A DNA stretch of 63,038 nucleotides, the filler included, from Octopus bimaculoides (lineage: Eukaryota): assembly GCF_001194135.2 (NCBI RefSeq). It is 8 parts of 8 records of this genome, joined end to end, with 100 filler letters (N's around TTAATTAATTAA, not from the genome) between each part and the next. Parts side by side here need not be neighbours in the genome. Positions count along the whole stretch, not along the records: positions 1 to 22,331 come from NC_069002.1; 7 more parts are not named here. One strand, 5' to 3'. A model generated the notes under the pieces. That model saw nothing but the letters and a program-made list of their open reading frames with translations. It searched no databases and had not been told where the DNA came from. Below are positions 1 through 14,625 of the stretch, piece by piece; within the stretch, counting starts at the first letter, position 1; each line of letters opens with the position of its first letter. The translations under genes were made by a program, and so were the position numbers.

Positions 1-35
<35 letters not shown>

Positions 36-422
36 AACTATATATATATTTGTATGTGTTTACATATATATATATATATATATAAGTTTACCTATCTACA
101 TGTTTATCTATCTATGCTTATTTTTTATGCCCGAATTTGTGTACACATTTTCACACATAAATTTATATACATAAATCTGTTCACCATGAAAATGATGAAA
201 TGGATGTTGATGTGGTGCGGTGGAGTGATGGAGGGGGAGGACAGAAAGTTCGAGGAGGAGCAAGAGTTGCAGGAGGAGTATACATAACTAGGAACCTAAA
301 CATATATGTATTTATAAACTATATTCTTATATACACATTTATTTAATTTTTCCATGGATAGGCACACGCACACACACATTACACACCACACACCACACAC
401 GCACACACACAGAGGCATGTGG

Positions 423-462
<40 letters not shown>

Positions 463-645
463 ATACTTAGTTTTATGGATTGCATATATAAGTGTGCATA
501 AGCATATAAAATGCACATCTGCGACAGAGTGTACATAGATACACGTATACATGCATATATGACATGTATAGACCTTGCATTGTTTCCTCTATATATATAT
601 GTATCATATCTAGGTGTATATATATATGTGTGTATGAGTGTGTGA

Positions 646-683
<38 letters not shown>

Positions 684-802
684 TTAGCTAATGTATTATA
701 TGTCATCATACGCAGATATATATTATACGCATGTATGTATGTATCTATCTATATCCATTTACATAGTATATATATGTGCGTGTGTATATATATGTAAGCA
801 TT

Positions 803-858
<56 letters not shown>

Positions 859-949
859 NNNNNNNNNNNNNNNNNNNNNNNNNNNNNNNNNNNNNNNNNN
901 NNNNNNNNNNNNNNNNNNNNNNNNNNNNNNNNNNNNNNNNNNNNNNNNN

Positions 950-999
<50 letters not shown>

Positions 1000-1734
1000 A
1001 CTCACACACATATATACATATATATATGTATACATACATATATATATACATATACATACATACATATGTATATGTATATATGTATGTTTGTATGTATTTA
1101 TGTATGTATGTATGTATGTATGTATGTACTTGCATACATACATCTTTCAGCATACATACAACGTTTAAGAATGGAATAAAAGATCGTTGTTACCAACTCA
1201 GAAATCCAAAACGTACACACACACACACACACACACACATTCGTACAATAATGCATATATGTATATGTAGTTTTAATCATATATAAGCTAAATGTTTATA
1301 AATGCATACATACATACATACATACATACATACATACACACACACACATATATAGGTAATATATATANNNNNNNNNNNNNNNNNNNNNNNNNNNNNNNNN
1401 NNNNNNNNNNNNNNNNNNNNNNNNNNNNNNNNNNNNNNNNNNNNNNNNNNNNNNNNNNNNNNNNNNNNNNNNNNNNNNNNNNNNNNNNNNNNNNNNNNNN
1501 NNNNNNNNTATATATATTACCTATATATGTGTGTAATATAAAGCTTTATGAGCGTGTAAAAGAGAAGGGCTCGTAAAACGGTGCAGTTCGGCGAATAAGC
1601 TGAAGTTTATAGCACTATCTTTGCAGTGAATTCACGAAAGCGAAAGGCAATAGCAACGCCGACGCCATCCTCGCCACCACCAACGCAAACAGTGCCACTC
1701 TCGCCGTCGCTACCACCACCTTCGTCTCAACAAT

Positions 1735-1798
1735 AATAATCACAATAATATTATTAATAACAACAACAACAACAACAACAACAATAATAATAATAATA

Positions 1799-1842
<44 letters not shown>

Positions 1843-1891
1843 TGACAAGAACAAACGAATATAACAAGTGATAACAAAACGAAACAGTATC

Positions 1892-1922
<31 letters not shown>

Positions 1923-1952
1923 TTAATGATGATGATGATGATGATGATGATG

Positions 1953-1998
<46 letters not shown>

Positions 1999-2050
1999 TA
2001 ATAATAATAATGATAATAATAACAATAATAATAATAATAATAATAATAGA
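1735..2050. repeat. Compound (AAT)n/(AAC)n/(GAT)n microsatellite
   Basis: Read directly. Other large AAT runs at 36655-36917, 44955-45022 (as ATT), 53103-53230, 53401-53510 and 61560-61680. Confidence 0.95.
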
Positions 2051-2480
2051 AAGATTGGTAAAAAGAAGAGAGAGAAAAAAATTTCTCTTCTGGGATTTAA
2101 AAATATAGTTCTTGAAAAACCGTATTTTCTGTCACCTTAATGCATATAGTTGCGTCGTGTAAGCTAGAGAAGCACCATCAATTTTGCTCCTAACACGATT
2201 GCTAACGCAACGAGCACTTTTCGTATTTCCCAGGTCTCTCAGATCTGGCAGTTATAATGGAGTTGAGTCTGAATAAAACATTTAGTTCAACTGCGTGACT
2301 AAAAGATGTCATTTATTTTGTAAAACCCAAGAGTATCGCATAAGGGGACATTGTCGATGTTAATGCCCGTGCCATATTGTTTCGTTTCAGCAATTTATGG
2401 TTATAGGAATACCCAATAAAAACCAATCTCATCAACAGAAAAACGCTGGCCTCTGCCACAAACACACGCACACACACACA

Positions 2481-2518
<38 letters not shown>

Positions 2519-2700
2519 TAAACACATATATACATATTCACATGCATGCATATTCATATACACGTGTAGATATACACTCACATATACACATACACGCATA
2601 TACACGCGCATACGCCGTCATTGGAATCTCGACTTTGCTAAACTCTGTTCATTTATGAAATTGAAGTCACCTCACTCGCTTCGTTTATTCAATGTCCCCT

Positions 2701-2747
<47 letters not shown>

Positions 2748-2748
2748 A

Positions 2749-2792
<44 letters not shown>

Positions 2793-3136
2793 ACACATGA
2801 ACACACATTCGCTTAGACTCATACCTACGCATTCACATACACGTGTATACATGTATATATATATGTACATGTATATATATATATATATATATAGATAGAT
2901 AGATATACACACACGCGTACACATACACTCACACACACACACACACACGTAAATACATACACAGAGAATGCTGTAAATGGTGGCGGAAGTGGGTGGTCTA
3001 GGTGTGTGCGGTGGTGAGATAAGGCGAGCAATGATGTGGTGTTCTGTCATGTAGAGGGGTGGGGGACCGATGCGGTGTTAGGTGGGACGCCAGGATGTAA
3101 ACGGTGTTTGTCAATGCGTGTGTGTATGTGTGTGTG

Positions 3137-3237
<101 letters not shown>

Positions 3238-3464
3238 CGGGTGGATGGATGGACATGTATTTATGTGTATAAATAGTGAATAAAAGCATAAGTCATATAT
3301 GTGTGTGTGCGCGCGCACGAATGTGTATATGTATGCATAATATGTGTGTAGGATATGTATATAGATATATATATATGTATGTATAGATATATGCATACAT
3401 AGATACGGATCTATATATTTCTCTCTACATATATATATATCTACATATATGCACATACATACTT

Positions 3465-3504
<40 letters not shown>

Positions 3505-3636
3505 TTACATAGATATATGAAAACATATATATATGCATACATAAATGCTTACATATATGGATATTGAGACAAAGATAGACAAATACATATATACGTAATT
3601 CTAATATATATTTATATAGGCGTGCGTGTATGTATG

Positions 3637-3667
<31 letters not shown>

Positions 3668-4159
3668 GAGAGTGTATTAACATATGTACAATCAGGCTAT
3701 ATCAAAATATACGTATGCATTCAGGCAGATATGATAATATTCAATCGTAGAAATGTGAGGTTCTCATGCTTTACGCTGAATAAATCCATAGAAACACATA
3801 CACACCCACTCACACACACACACACACACACACATACATCCACTCACACACACATTAATACAATCTCTTATATAGAAATATGTATATACACAGAGAGAAT
3901 GCGGTGTAACGTGAAAGACAGAGGCGAGGAGAGACAGTTGAATGATATATATACATATATATATATATACGTATATACTCATACATACAAGGAGAGAGGG
4001 GGATAGAGAGAAGGTGAGAGGTGGGTTAGGTGAAAATAATAAAGATAGATTCAGGAAGAACAAAACGGAGGTATTCCTGAGCGGAGATTAGAATAACTAA
4101 CCTTTATCTACATACACATGTACGGACATGTGCGTGCGTATATATTTAGTACACACACA

Positions 4160-4200
<41 letters not shown>

Positions 4201-4485
4201 GTGTTAATTGTCATATTGCTGCTGATGGTGTCGACGGTGTGGCCAAACTATAATTGTAGTAGTGATTGTGACAGTGGTGCTGGTGTTGGTGTTGGTGTTG
4301 GTATGATGTACAATGATTGTAATATCTATTGCCAAGTATGTTGTAATGAGAAGGAACAGAGAATTGAGTTTAAGAAAGGCAAGTGTAAGAGGCTAAGTGA
4401 GTGAGAGTCTGGGGAAGAGGGGAGACGAGGAAGACGGTTCAACACTCAAGAGAATAACACTCAATTGAGCTTAGGTTTACGCCAC

Positions 4486-4504
4486 CAGCCGCTAGGGGGC
4501 GACG
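4486..4504 (+). promoter_or_regulatory. CTCF-like motif
   Basis: CAGCCGCTAGGGGGCGACG in unique sequence. Confidence 0.4.
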
Positions 4505-4972
4505 ATAAATAAAATAATAAGGAAGTAAAAAAAACAAATGAAGAAAATATAAGTCGGTTTGTAAAAATGAATGATATTGCTCCGATTCCGAATGACCGCG
4601 TTTAATCTATCTATCTGTCTATTTTTCTTTTTATCTATCCATCTATCTATCTATCTATCCAATTATCTATCTATCTACCTATCTGTCTGTCTATTTACTA
4701 ATCTATCTACCTATCTATCCGTCTATTAACTTGTCTTTCTACCTGTTTATCTGTCTATATACTCGTTTATCTGTCAATCTCTCTTTGTATCTTTCTATCT
4801 TTCCATTTGCCTATCTATCCGTCTGTTTATCAGTCTGTACATCTATTCTCTCATCTGTCCATCTATCTACCTACCTATCTACATATCTATTTATCTATTT
4901 GCCAATCTATTTTTTCATTTGTGTATGTCTGTCTAAATATATGTATGTATGTGTGTGAGCGTCTGTGTGTGT

Positions 4973-5056
<84 letters not shown>

Positions 5057-5084
5057 ATTTGTCTATCTACCTACAATTTATCCT

Positions 5085-5297
5085 TACGAGGGTCGGTTAA
5101 AAATTTCAAAGGCTGACGAAGACACTCTCGTGGAATGAGACCAAATGAGGTCTCATTACGGTAAACACACTTCTTCCATCGGTACTGCAGTGCTTGAATC
5201 CCATTTGTGAGGGAGCTTTCTTCCTATTGGTCAAAAAGTCATCAACAGCAGATGTGACGTCATAATCACTGTGGTACTGGTTCCCAAGAGTGATCAA
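5085..5297 (-). mobile_element. Mariner remnant: transposase C-terminus plus terminal inverted repeat
   Basis: Minus strand reads LGNQYHSDYDVTSAVDDFL, then after a frameshift GIQALQYRWKKCV (mariner C-terminal helix motif). Terminus TA-CGAGGG at 5085. Confidence 0.75.
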
Positions 5298-6583
5298 TAA
5301 AATTTATTAACCAATGCATCAAATACACCCCGTCCAGTATTGAGAATATACAGAGAATCCCGATGAGATGACAGGTGTTATTCATTTCAACAAGATTTGC
5401 TTATAATATGATAATCAAATCTGTAAATAAAAGGGATGGGCAATGCCATATTTCCCCAAATGAAAAGCGTTATCATTCGCAGACCACGTCTAAAGCCTTC
5501 TCCAAGTTGTAACTGTCAAAACCCTTTTATTTGTCCACTCGATCAGGCATGCTAAGTCAACTTCTTTGTGGGAAGCCGAAGTTAAAGCATTGCCCCGAAA
5601 TAAGGAAATCCAAACGTCGTTAGTTTATTGCGAAAGTAATTTTCAAAAAGTAAAAGACATGCAAATCATCAAACTTCTTTCCGACACATGGATAAGCATA
5701 AAACCACAAAGTTAGTTAGCTATATATGGCATCTAAATGTCCACTCTACACCACACACAGTCAATTGGAGCATCGTCGAACGATCCATGCCATATGTAAA
5801 TGGATCGAAGAGGTGCAGGCTTTGTGTAGCCAAATGATCTCACATTCTTTTCAGATCCCAGATCTCCACGGGCCTACTAAATTCCAGATCTGAAAGTTTT
5901 AGTAAATATAAACACATGAATAAATTTCTTTTGTTTGGCTGAAATATGCTACCCTCTCCGGATTAAGTAGTCGCTCTTATTGTTTACATTGCCGCGCAGA
6001 ATTAAACAAACGAGTAATCAAACTGTTTGCAGAAGGAATGGTCAATCGAAAAATACATGTGTGCATGCACATATGTGAGTGCGTGTGCATGTATGCGTAT
6101 ATATTTATTTCTATGTATCTGTATGTATGTACGAAACTCTTTAGTCTTCCACTTTTAGACGTATTTTTCTAATATTAAATTCATTAACGTATGCCAGTGT
6201 TATAATTCCAGTTATAGTAACACATGATAGAACTGGCGATTACACCACTGCAACTTTAGAAGCATTTCTAACACAAAGTTGCAGTGACATAGATTTCCTA
6301 AAATGTTTGTTCGAATTACATAATTTCTTGAACGGAGAGAAGATTGGTAATGATTCTACATGTGGAAGCTGTGACCATCCCGTCGAATGTTTTTTATGTT
6401 GATGATTTTGTCACTGATTTATATTTTAGTTCTTACTTTTATTTGACTCTTTATTTATTTGTCAATGAACAGTTACAGAAATCGCTCAGATTGACAGGCT
6501 GGTTGACAGATTGACGGAAAACCACAGACAGATGGTCAAAATTAGATACGAACATAGATAAGTAGATTGATAGATAGATAGAC

Positions 6584-6618
<35 letters not shown>

Positions 6619-7885
6619 GTGATTGATTTTATATATATATATATATATATATATACAGGGAAAGATAGGTAGGCATGCAGACAGACAGGGAGACAGAGAC
6701 AGCGAGACAGACAGGCAGACAGGCAGACAGACAAAGACAGAGGTGGATGAAAACTCGCTTTTGAAGGATATGGTCATAGGAAACATATGTCTATAATATA
6801 CGTGTGAGTGTGTGTATTCGTATCACTGAGTATGTGTGTGTGTGTGTGCATGTGTGTGTGCGTGTGTATGTGTGCGTATCACAGAACGTGTTAATGTGAG
6901 AACATATTTGTGCATCTCTTCATTATCGCAGTTATAACCACACATATTTGTTATTCTTCATGTCACCCAGGCAAAATCCTTAGGTTATAACCCTAACAAA
7001 TGTGGCTGACCTCAAAGCGTGTATCGGCCGACTTGTCGAAGGTGAAAGAACATATTGCTGACCATTCCAGAGAAACAGATCCAATTCCGTATGTAGTGCA
7101 CTGATACAATTATATTTGCATTGTGTAGTTACCGGCTCCGGGATATAGCTAGGGTTAAAGTTCAAATTCCGGATGAGCATTAATGCAACATGGAATTCGA
7201 TTGTCTCTGAGCTATTGTTCTGGATTTACATCAGCTATTATTCTGGGGGTTAGGCTAGTTTGGTGTTTGGTGGGGGATCTTTTATTGCTTAGCGAGAACG
7301 GAAAAGGCAGAGGTGGGCGTTTATGGCGCTTCCAGAGTCTCACACAATGATGTAATAAAGTAAGGAATTGAAGAGAAATTATCCTCTCAAATCTGTTTTT
7401 GACCCGGATGCTTCCGACACAGTGGTTTCCACTAAAGACATACACTCTCAGGGGTCAGTGTGGTAGTGCTCAATCCAAGCAAAGGATAAAGAGAGCGAAC
7501 AAAAACAGAAACGCTCTCCCATACACTTTGCCCGTCTATCAAATTTCTCTCCCATGTTTTTTTTGTTTGACTCGAGAATATGATTACGAAAAACTTGCCG
7601 AAGCTTTCTATCTGTGAGACCGAATCCCAAACTTTGTATTTACAAGGTGAATTTCTTAATTTTACTGCCACTGTATTACTTGTGACTATTTCCACGAGTA
7701 TCTTCGAAATAAAATGCCAGAAGGTATGTGATTCGAAAAGGGAGAGGTCTAACTAACTCAGACGGCTTTGTATAAATGATTAGATCAGGATTACTCATGT
7801 TAAGTCCACTACAAGAAAAAGGTCTTAGCATGTTCTCTCCACCCAACCACAGTCTGACCTGAACTTTATGAATATGTATATATAC

Positions 7886-7938
<53 letters not shown>

Positions 7939-8053
7939 GAGACACAGACAGACAGACAGATAACTGAATGAATAAATAGATTTGTGTATGTGTCTGTGTG
8001 AGTGTTTACGTGGTTTTATATGTATTAATGTAGATAGATTGATAGATTTAAAT

Positions 8054-8086
<33 letters not shown>

Positions 8087-10327
8087 GACACACACAGATC
8101 ATAGATGCATAAATATTTATTCATTTATAGAAATGTGTATGTAATGTGAATGTGTCTGCATGTGTTTCTTTGTGTGCACGTGTTTCTACGTCAATTGGTT
8201 GGACTGTTCGGTTCCAACGTTTATAAGACAAGCAATGAAGATGATCTGGATGGTTATGATTGCTATTGTTGTTGTTATTTATATTTTCATTTTTATGATC
8301 ATCACCATCATCATCATCATCAACAACATCGTTTTTATCATCATTATTATTGTTGTTGTTGTTGTTGTTGTTGTCGTTGTTGTTGTTGCTGCTGCTGCCG
8401 CTGTTGTTCTTGTTGTTGTTGTTGTTGTTGTTGTTAGTGCCATCATTATAGTTTGCCACTTAACCCTTTAACGGCAGCAATATCGGTAAGGATATATTCT
8501 CCCATTTGTCTCATAAAATCTTGGACTTGAGAACACCATCCAATTTCTCCGTGTTTATTTATTAATTTATTAATTTATCTTTATTTTATAAATTTTGTGA
8601 AAGCTTTTAAAAGCTGAAATCAATGCTCCCACCCTGTTCATATTCTACCCGCCCACCAACATCACATGACACCACTCCCAGATTACCACCCGAAATGTGT
8701 AGTTTCAGCTATTTATTTCACCTTTAATTATTAAAAGTGTGTTTATTTTGGGGGTGGTTTTGCTTGCTTTTCTTCATTTTTTCTTTCTCTTTTTAGTAAT
8801 GCTATGCTATCATTTTAATTATATAACTATATATATATATATATAANNNNNNNNNNNNNNNNNNNNNNNNNNNNNNNNNNNNNNNNNNNNNNNNNNNNNN
8901 NNNNNNNNNNNNNNNNNNNNNNNNNNNNNNNNNNNNNNNNNNNNNNNNNNNNNNNNNNNNNNNNNNNNNNNNNNNNNNNNNNNNNNNNNNNNNNNNNNNN
9001 NNNNNNNNNNNNNNNNNNNNNNNNNNNNNNNNNNNNNNNNNNNNNNNNNNNNNNNNNNNNNNNNNNNNNNNNNNNNNNNNNNNNNNNNNNNNNNNNNNNN
9101 NNNNNNNNNNNNNNNNNNNNNNNNNNNNNNNNNNNNNNNNNNNNNNNNNNNNNNNNNNNNNNNNNNNNNNNNNNNNNNNNNNNNNNNNNNNNNNNNNNNN
9201 NNNNNNNNNNNNNNNNNNNNNNNNNNNNNNNNNNNNNNNNNNNNNNNNNNNNNNNNNNNNNNNNNNNNNNNNNNNNNNNNNNNNNNNNNNNNNNNNNNNN
9301 NNNNNNNNNNNNNNNNNNNNNTATATATATATATATATACACATATACATATTTATATATATATACATAAATACATATATGCATATATATATACATAAAT
9401 ACATATATGCATATATATATACATATACATATATATATAAACATGGACAGACGCCGTTCATTTTTATGTGAGTATATCAAGGAGCACACTATCTAATGTA
9501 TCATTTCTCTTTTAAATCGTGTGATATTAGGGAGATTTGACTACTATTTTTAGCAGGTCGATTATCCACACTGGGGAGTATTTTGTTCTTTATTTTAACC
9601 CTAGATCTAACCTGATTTAGCAGGTACATAATTAAAAGCAACCCAGCTAAGACTTCGGCATTTAGCTGTTTTAATTATGAATCTAATGTCTTTCATATTA
9701 CTTCTTAAACGGTATTTTTCTGTTAATTATTTTGGGCGCACATACATGGCCGGATGGTTAAGAAATTTGCTTCATAATCATGAGATCTTTTTTCCAATTC
9801 AACCATATAGCATATTGGACAAGAATCGTCTTTTCTTGCTGTAAACCACGTGACGAATATAAGTCTTGTAAAGGCAATTAAGTCGAAGAGAATCTGCGTT
9901 GAAGCTGGTTAGATGGACCCGTAATTCAAAGAAGCAACCTTGTCACAAGGTTGTGACAAGGTAATCTTACTGTAATCCTTCTGATCAAGGATTACAGTAA
10001 GAGTGTAAATGTCTGTGGAATACTCAACCACATGCACTTTAATTTAATGAACAAGTAGTTCACATTATCGAACAACTTTGATGTTCCTCATCGATACCGA
10101 CGAAGATCCATTGAGTTTTACTGGTTAATTAATTTCTAAGTATTTACATGCTTGTGTTTTAATTGTCGTATTCCTGTTTATATCCCTGACATGATGGTTA
10201 CCTTATTTCTATGGTGAATACTGAGATCACAACATTTCTCAAGAGCGGGACGCTGGGCCTTCGCAGATTTCGAGAACAACAATCTTTATTTCTGTTTTGT
10301 TTTGTTTTTTTTGTGGAGGGGAAAATC

Positions 10328-10433
<106 letters not shown>

Positions 10434-10781
10434 GTAGCGTAGGGGCAGGTTGGCAGTGTTGTAGGGAGATGTGTGACTGAGCATACATGTAATACTATGG
10501 ATTAAAGAATTACTTGTAATGCATTTTCTGATATTAATTAGAAACGGTTATTTGTAGCAGTTATTGTTGTTGTTTGTTTGTTGTGGTGGCGGTGGATATG
10601 ACGGTGAAGGGCGGTGGGGTGCTGATGATGGGAGGGGTTGCAGCAGTGATGGTGGAGGATTTAATTTGAGGCGTTATAAGGTTCTATTTATTCGATCATA
10701 CATACACATAAATCTACCATCTCAAAGATATACGCATTCATACATATACACAAACACACACACACATATATATATATATGA

Positions 10782-10821
<40 letters not shown>

Positions 10822-11750
10822 GTACANNNNNNNNNNNNNNNNNNNNNNNNNNNNNNNNNNNNNNNNNNNNNNNNNNNNNNNNNNNNNNNNNNNNNNNNNN
10901 NNNNNNNNNNNNNNNNNNNNNNNNNNNNNNNNNNNNNNNNNNNNNNNNNNNNNNNNNNNNNNNNNNNNNNNNNNNNNNNNNNNNNNNNNNNNNNNNNNNN
11001 NNNNNNNNNNNNNNNNNNNNNNNNNNNNNNNNNNNNNNNNNNNNNNNNNNNNNNNNNNNNNNNNNNNNNNNNNNNNNNNNNNNNNNNNNNNNNNNNNNNN
11101 NNNNNNNNNNNNNNNNNNNNNNNNNNNNNNNNNNNNNNNNNNNNNNNNNNNNNNNNNNNNNNNNNNNNNNNNNNNNNNNNNNNNNNNNNNNNNNNNNNNN
11201 NNNNNNNNNNNNNNNNNNNNNNNNNNNNNNNNNNNNNNNNNNNNNNNNNNNNNNNNNNNNNNNNNNNNNNNNNNNNNNNNNNNNNNNNNNNNNNNNNNNN
11301 NNNNNNNNNNNNNNNNNNNNNNNNNNNNNNNNNNNNNNNNNNNNNNNNNNNNNNNNNNNNNNNNNNNNNNNNNNNNNNNNNNNNNNNNNNNNNNNNNNNN
11401 NNNNNNNNNNNNNNNNNNNNNNNNNNNNNNNNNNNNNNNNNNNNNNNNNNNNNNNNNNNNNNNNNNNNNNNNNNNNNNNNNNNNNNNNNNNNNNNNNNNN
11501 NNNNNNNNNNNNNNNNNNNNNNNNNNNNNNNNNNNNNNNNNNNNNNNNNNNNNNNNNNNNNNNNNNNNNNNNNNNNNNNNNNNNNNNNNNNNNNNNNNNN
11601 NNNNNNNNNNNNNNNNNNNNNNNNNNNNNNNNNNNNNNNNNNNNNNNNNNNNNNNNNNNNNNTATATTTATGAAGAGTAAATTTCTTACAAGCTCAGTCT
11701 ATAAAGATTCCACGACTTATATATACATGCACGCACACACATATATATAA

Positions 11751-11793
<43 letters not shown>

Positions 11794-12398
11794 CATACAT
11801 ATATATATGTATGTATGTATGTACAAATATATGTATATCTATATACATGTATATAGATATAAGCATATCTATCTATCTATGTATATGTATGTATATAATT
11901 TTTCCTATCTTTTCTTTGTATCCGTTGAGTTTCTTTTAAGGTCTTGTATATTATTGCTTTCGTTATTGTTACAGTTGTTAATGTTGTTTTCTTTCCCCCA
12001 CCCCACCACCGCACTATTACTATCTTTTTATATTCTTTGTTGTTTGTTATATTTTCTGTTATTTAAGCTGTACGAAACTGTACGTAATTATATTCAAAAA
12101 TGAAAGTCTTATATTGCTTTTGGCGCGAAATCAATGTGATCAAAACATCGCTTAAGTAATACGAAGCAATAACGGCCTCCGTTCCTCAAGGGATAACTTT
12201 CATTTATTTCAAGGAAACGCGGCTCTTACACAATATATACACAAGGCCTGTACTGCTTATAATTCTGTAAGCTAATTACAATGAATTAGATGTGAAGAGT
12301 GTGCTTTTGCAAGCGAGCAAAATACCACGATGGGAATTGCAAAGGGGTTACAATGGGGTTAAAAGTTACGACTACATGAAAACCCATTTAGAAAGAAA

Positions 12399-12462
12399 CT
12401 GGAGACTGGAGACTAGAGACTAGAGAATGGAGTTTGGAGATTGGAGATTGGAGACCGCAGAC
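12399..12462. repeat. Degenerate 7-bp tandem repeat
   Basis: TGGAGAC / TAGAGAC / TGGAGAT units. Confidence 0.8.
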
Positions 12463-12477
12463 CGCGGACACGGTATA

Positions 12478-12555
<78 letters not shown>

Positions 12556-12599
12556 GAACAGACACAGCAGTAGTAAAATATAACTACACTAACATATAT

Positions 12600-12691
<92 letters not shown>

Positions 12692-13016
12692 CTGATTGGA
12701 GAAACACGTGCACAGACATACATATATTTACAAATATACATCTATATACATAAGTTTATATTATTTAATGTATGCATGTATGTATATATGTATGTATATG
12801 TGTGTGTTTGTGCGTGTGTATGTATTTTTGTATACGTGTATGTATACAAGTACATATACATGCACACACGTACACATACACATACAGACCTACATATCAG
12901 GAAGCACACCAATATCTATGCCCGAACATCTAAGGATATATATGTTCCCTAGTATATTCATACACACAAACGTACGTAAACCTAATTAGATGTAGATACA
13001 TATATACTTATGCGTG

Positions 13017-13067
<51 letters not shown>

Positions 13068-13160
13068 GGCATAGTGGTGTTGTAGAAGAATGTTCTTTCA
13101 TAAGTTGGTCTATGTTTTTGAGCATGAATAGCAATCACTTAATCAAGCATCTAAACACAT

Positions 13161-13212
<52 letters not shown>

Positions 13213-13222
13213 NNNNNNNNNN

Positions 13223-13270
<48 letters not shown>

Positions 13271-13387
13271 CACACACAAGTAAAACGTAATTCCTTTTCA
13301 TCTTCTACTTGTAAATATTCATAGACATAAAACTTAATATCATACACATATAAACGTATAAAGTCCGTCATAAACATTTTCATCTAA

Positions 13388-13448
<61 letters not shown>

Positions 13449-14584
13449 AAAATTGATACATACATATGCATATATATGAATGTATGTATTTATGTATGTA
13501 AGGATGTGTGTGTGTGTGTGTGTGTGCGTTTATGTATGTTTGCATGTATGCGTATTAACCAATAACGTTTGGTTTTATGCTTACATCAATATAAATACAA
13601 TCAGGTAGTTTTATCTTGTATATAACTATATACACTCGTATGTGTATGTAGGTGTATAACGTTTGTGTGTGTGTGTGTGTGCGTGTGTGTGTAAAACTTT
13701 ATGCACAATTATATGCGAAAATGTATGTTTATGTGTGTAGAGTTATGCATTACGTTTTTAATACATCTATATACTATATATATATACATATATATATATA
13801 TGCATATATATATATGCATATATATATACATATATGTATGTATGTACGTATATATATATATATATATATATATNNNNNNNNNNNNNNNNNNNNNTTTAAA
13901 TGTATGTATATATACATGTATATGTGTATAGTCACACACGCATATATATATATATATGCATATATATACACACACCCACACACACACATAGATACACACA
14001 TACATACATAGATGTATACGTAAATATATATAGATATATTATATACATGCATACATATATAAACAGAAAACAATATGGTTAATTAAATTTATCTCCATCA
14101 AAGAAGAGCTTCTTCCGGTGTGGTCGGGGCGCTTGTAATGGCTGTGTGTTGTCGGTGAATGGCGAATGGTAAACGTCGAGATTTCCTCCAATTTGACCTC
14201 GAGTTCGTTTTAATAAATACCCTCTCAATAGAAAGGAACGTGTGCTGATAGTGATGTGATAGGGTTTAGGGATTTATCTTGAAGACTGCAGTTAGTTTAG
14301 TTGCGAATTTTGGGGCGTTTTTTTTTTTTCTGTTTTTCTTTGTATAGTTAGGTTCTAAAACCGGTGGATAATGGCGGTCGTTTTTGAGACTGCGCTTTCG
14401 CGGTTTCCTTTGTTTATTTTTATTCTTTTTTTTCAGATTGTTTTTTTTTTCGTTTTGCTTCTTGCTTCGTGCTTTTTTATTTTGTTCTTATTAATTTATA
14501 TGTTGTTGGTATTATTATTGTTGTTTTTGTGTGTGTGTTTGTTTGTTATTGTTTTTTGTTTTGCAGCTTCTCTGGTGTTGCTGC

Positions 14585-14625
<41 letters not shown>

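Noticed and set aside
1626-1737. Pro-rich terminal exon NSRKRKAIATPTPSSPPP...
   Set aside because: It is indistinguishable from a decayed CCA/CAA microsatellite edge.
5300-5900. Very old LINE remnant
   Set aside because: Only faint RTE-like words are visible, too decayed to support a call without a search.
7399-7725. Candidate plus-strand exons with gtgaat and gtatgt donors
   Set aside because: No phase-consistent chain or recognisable product.
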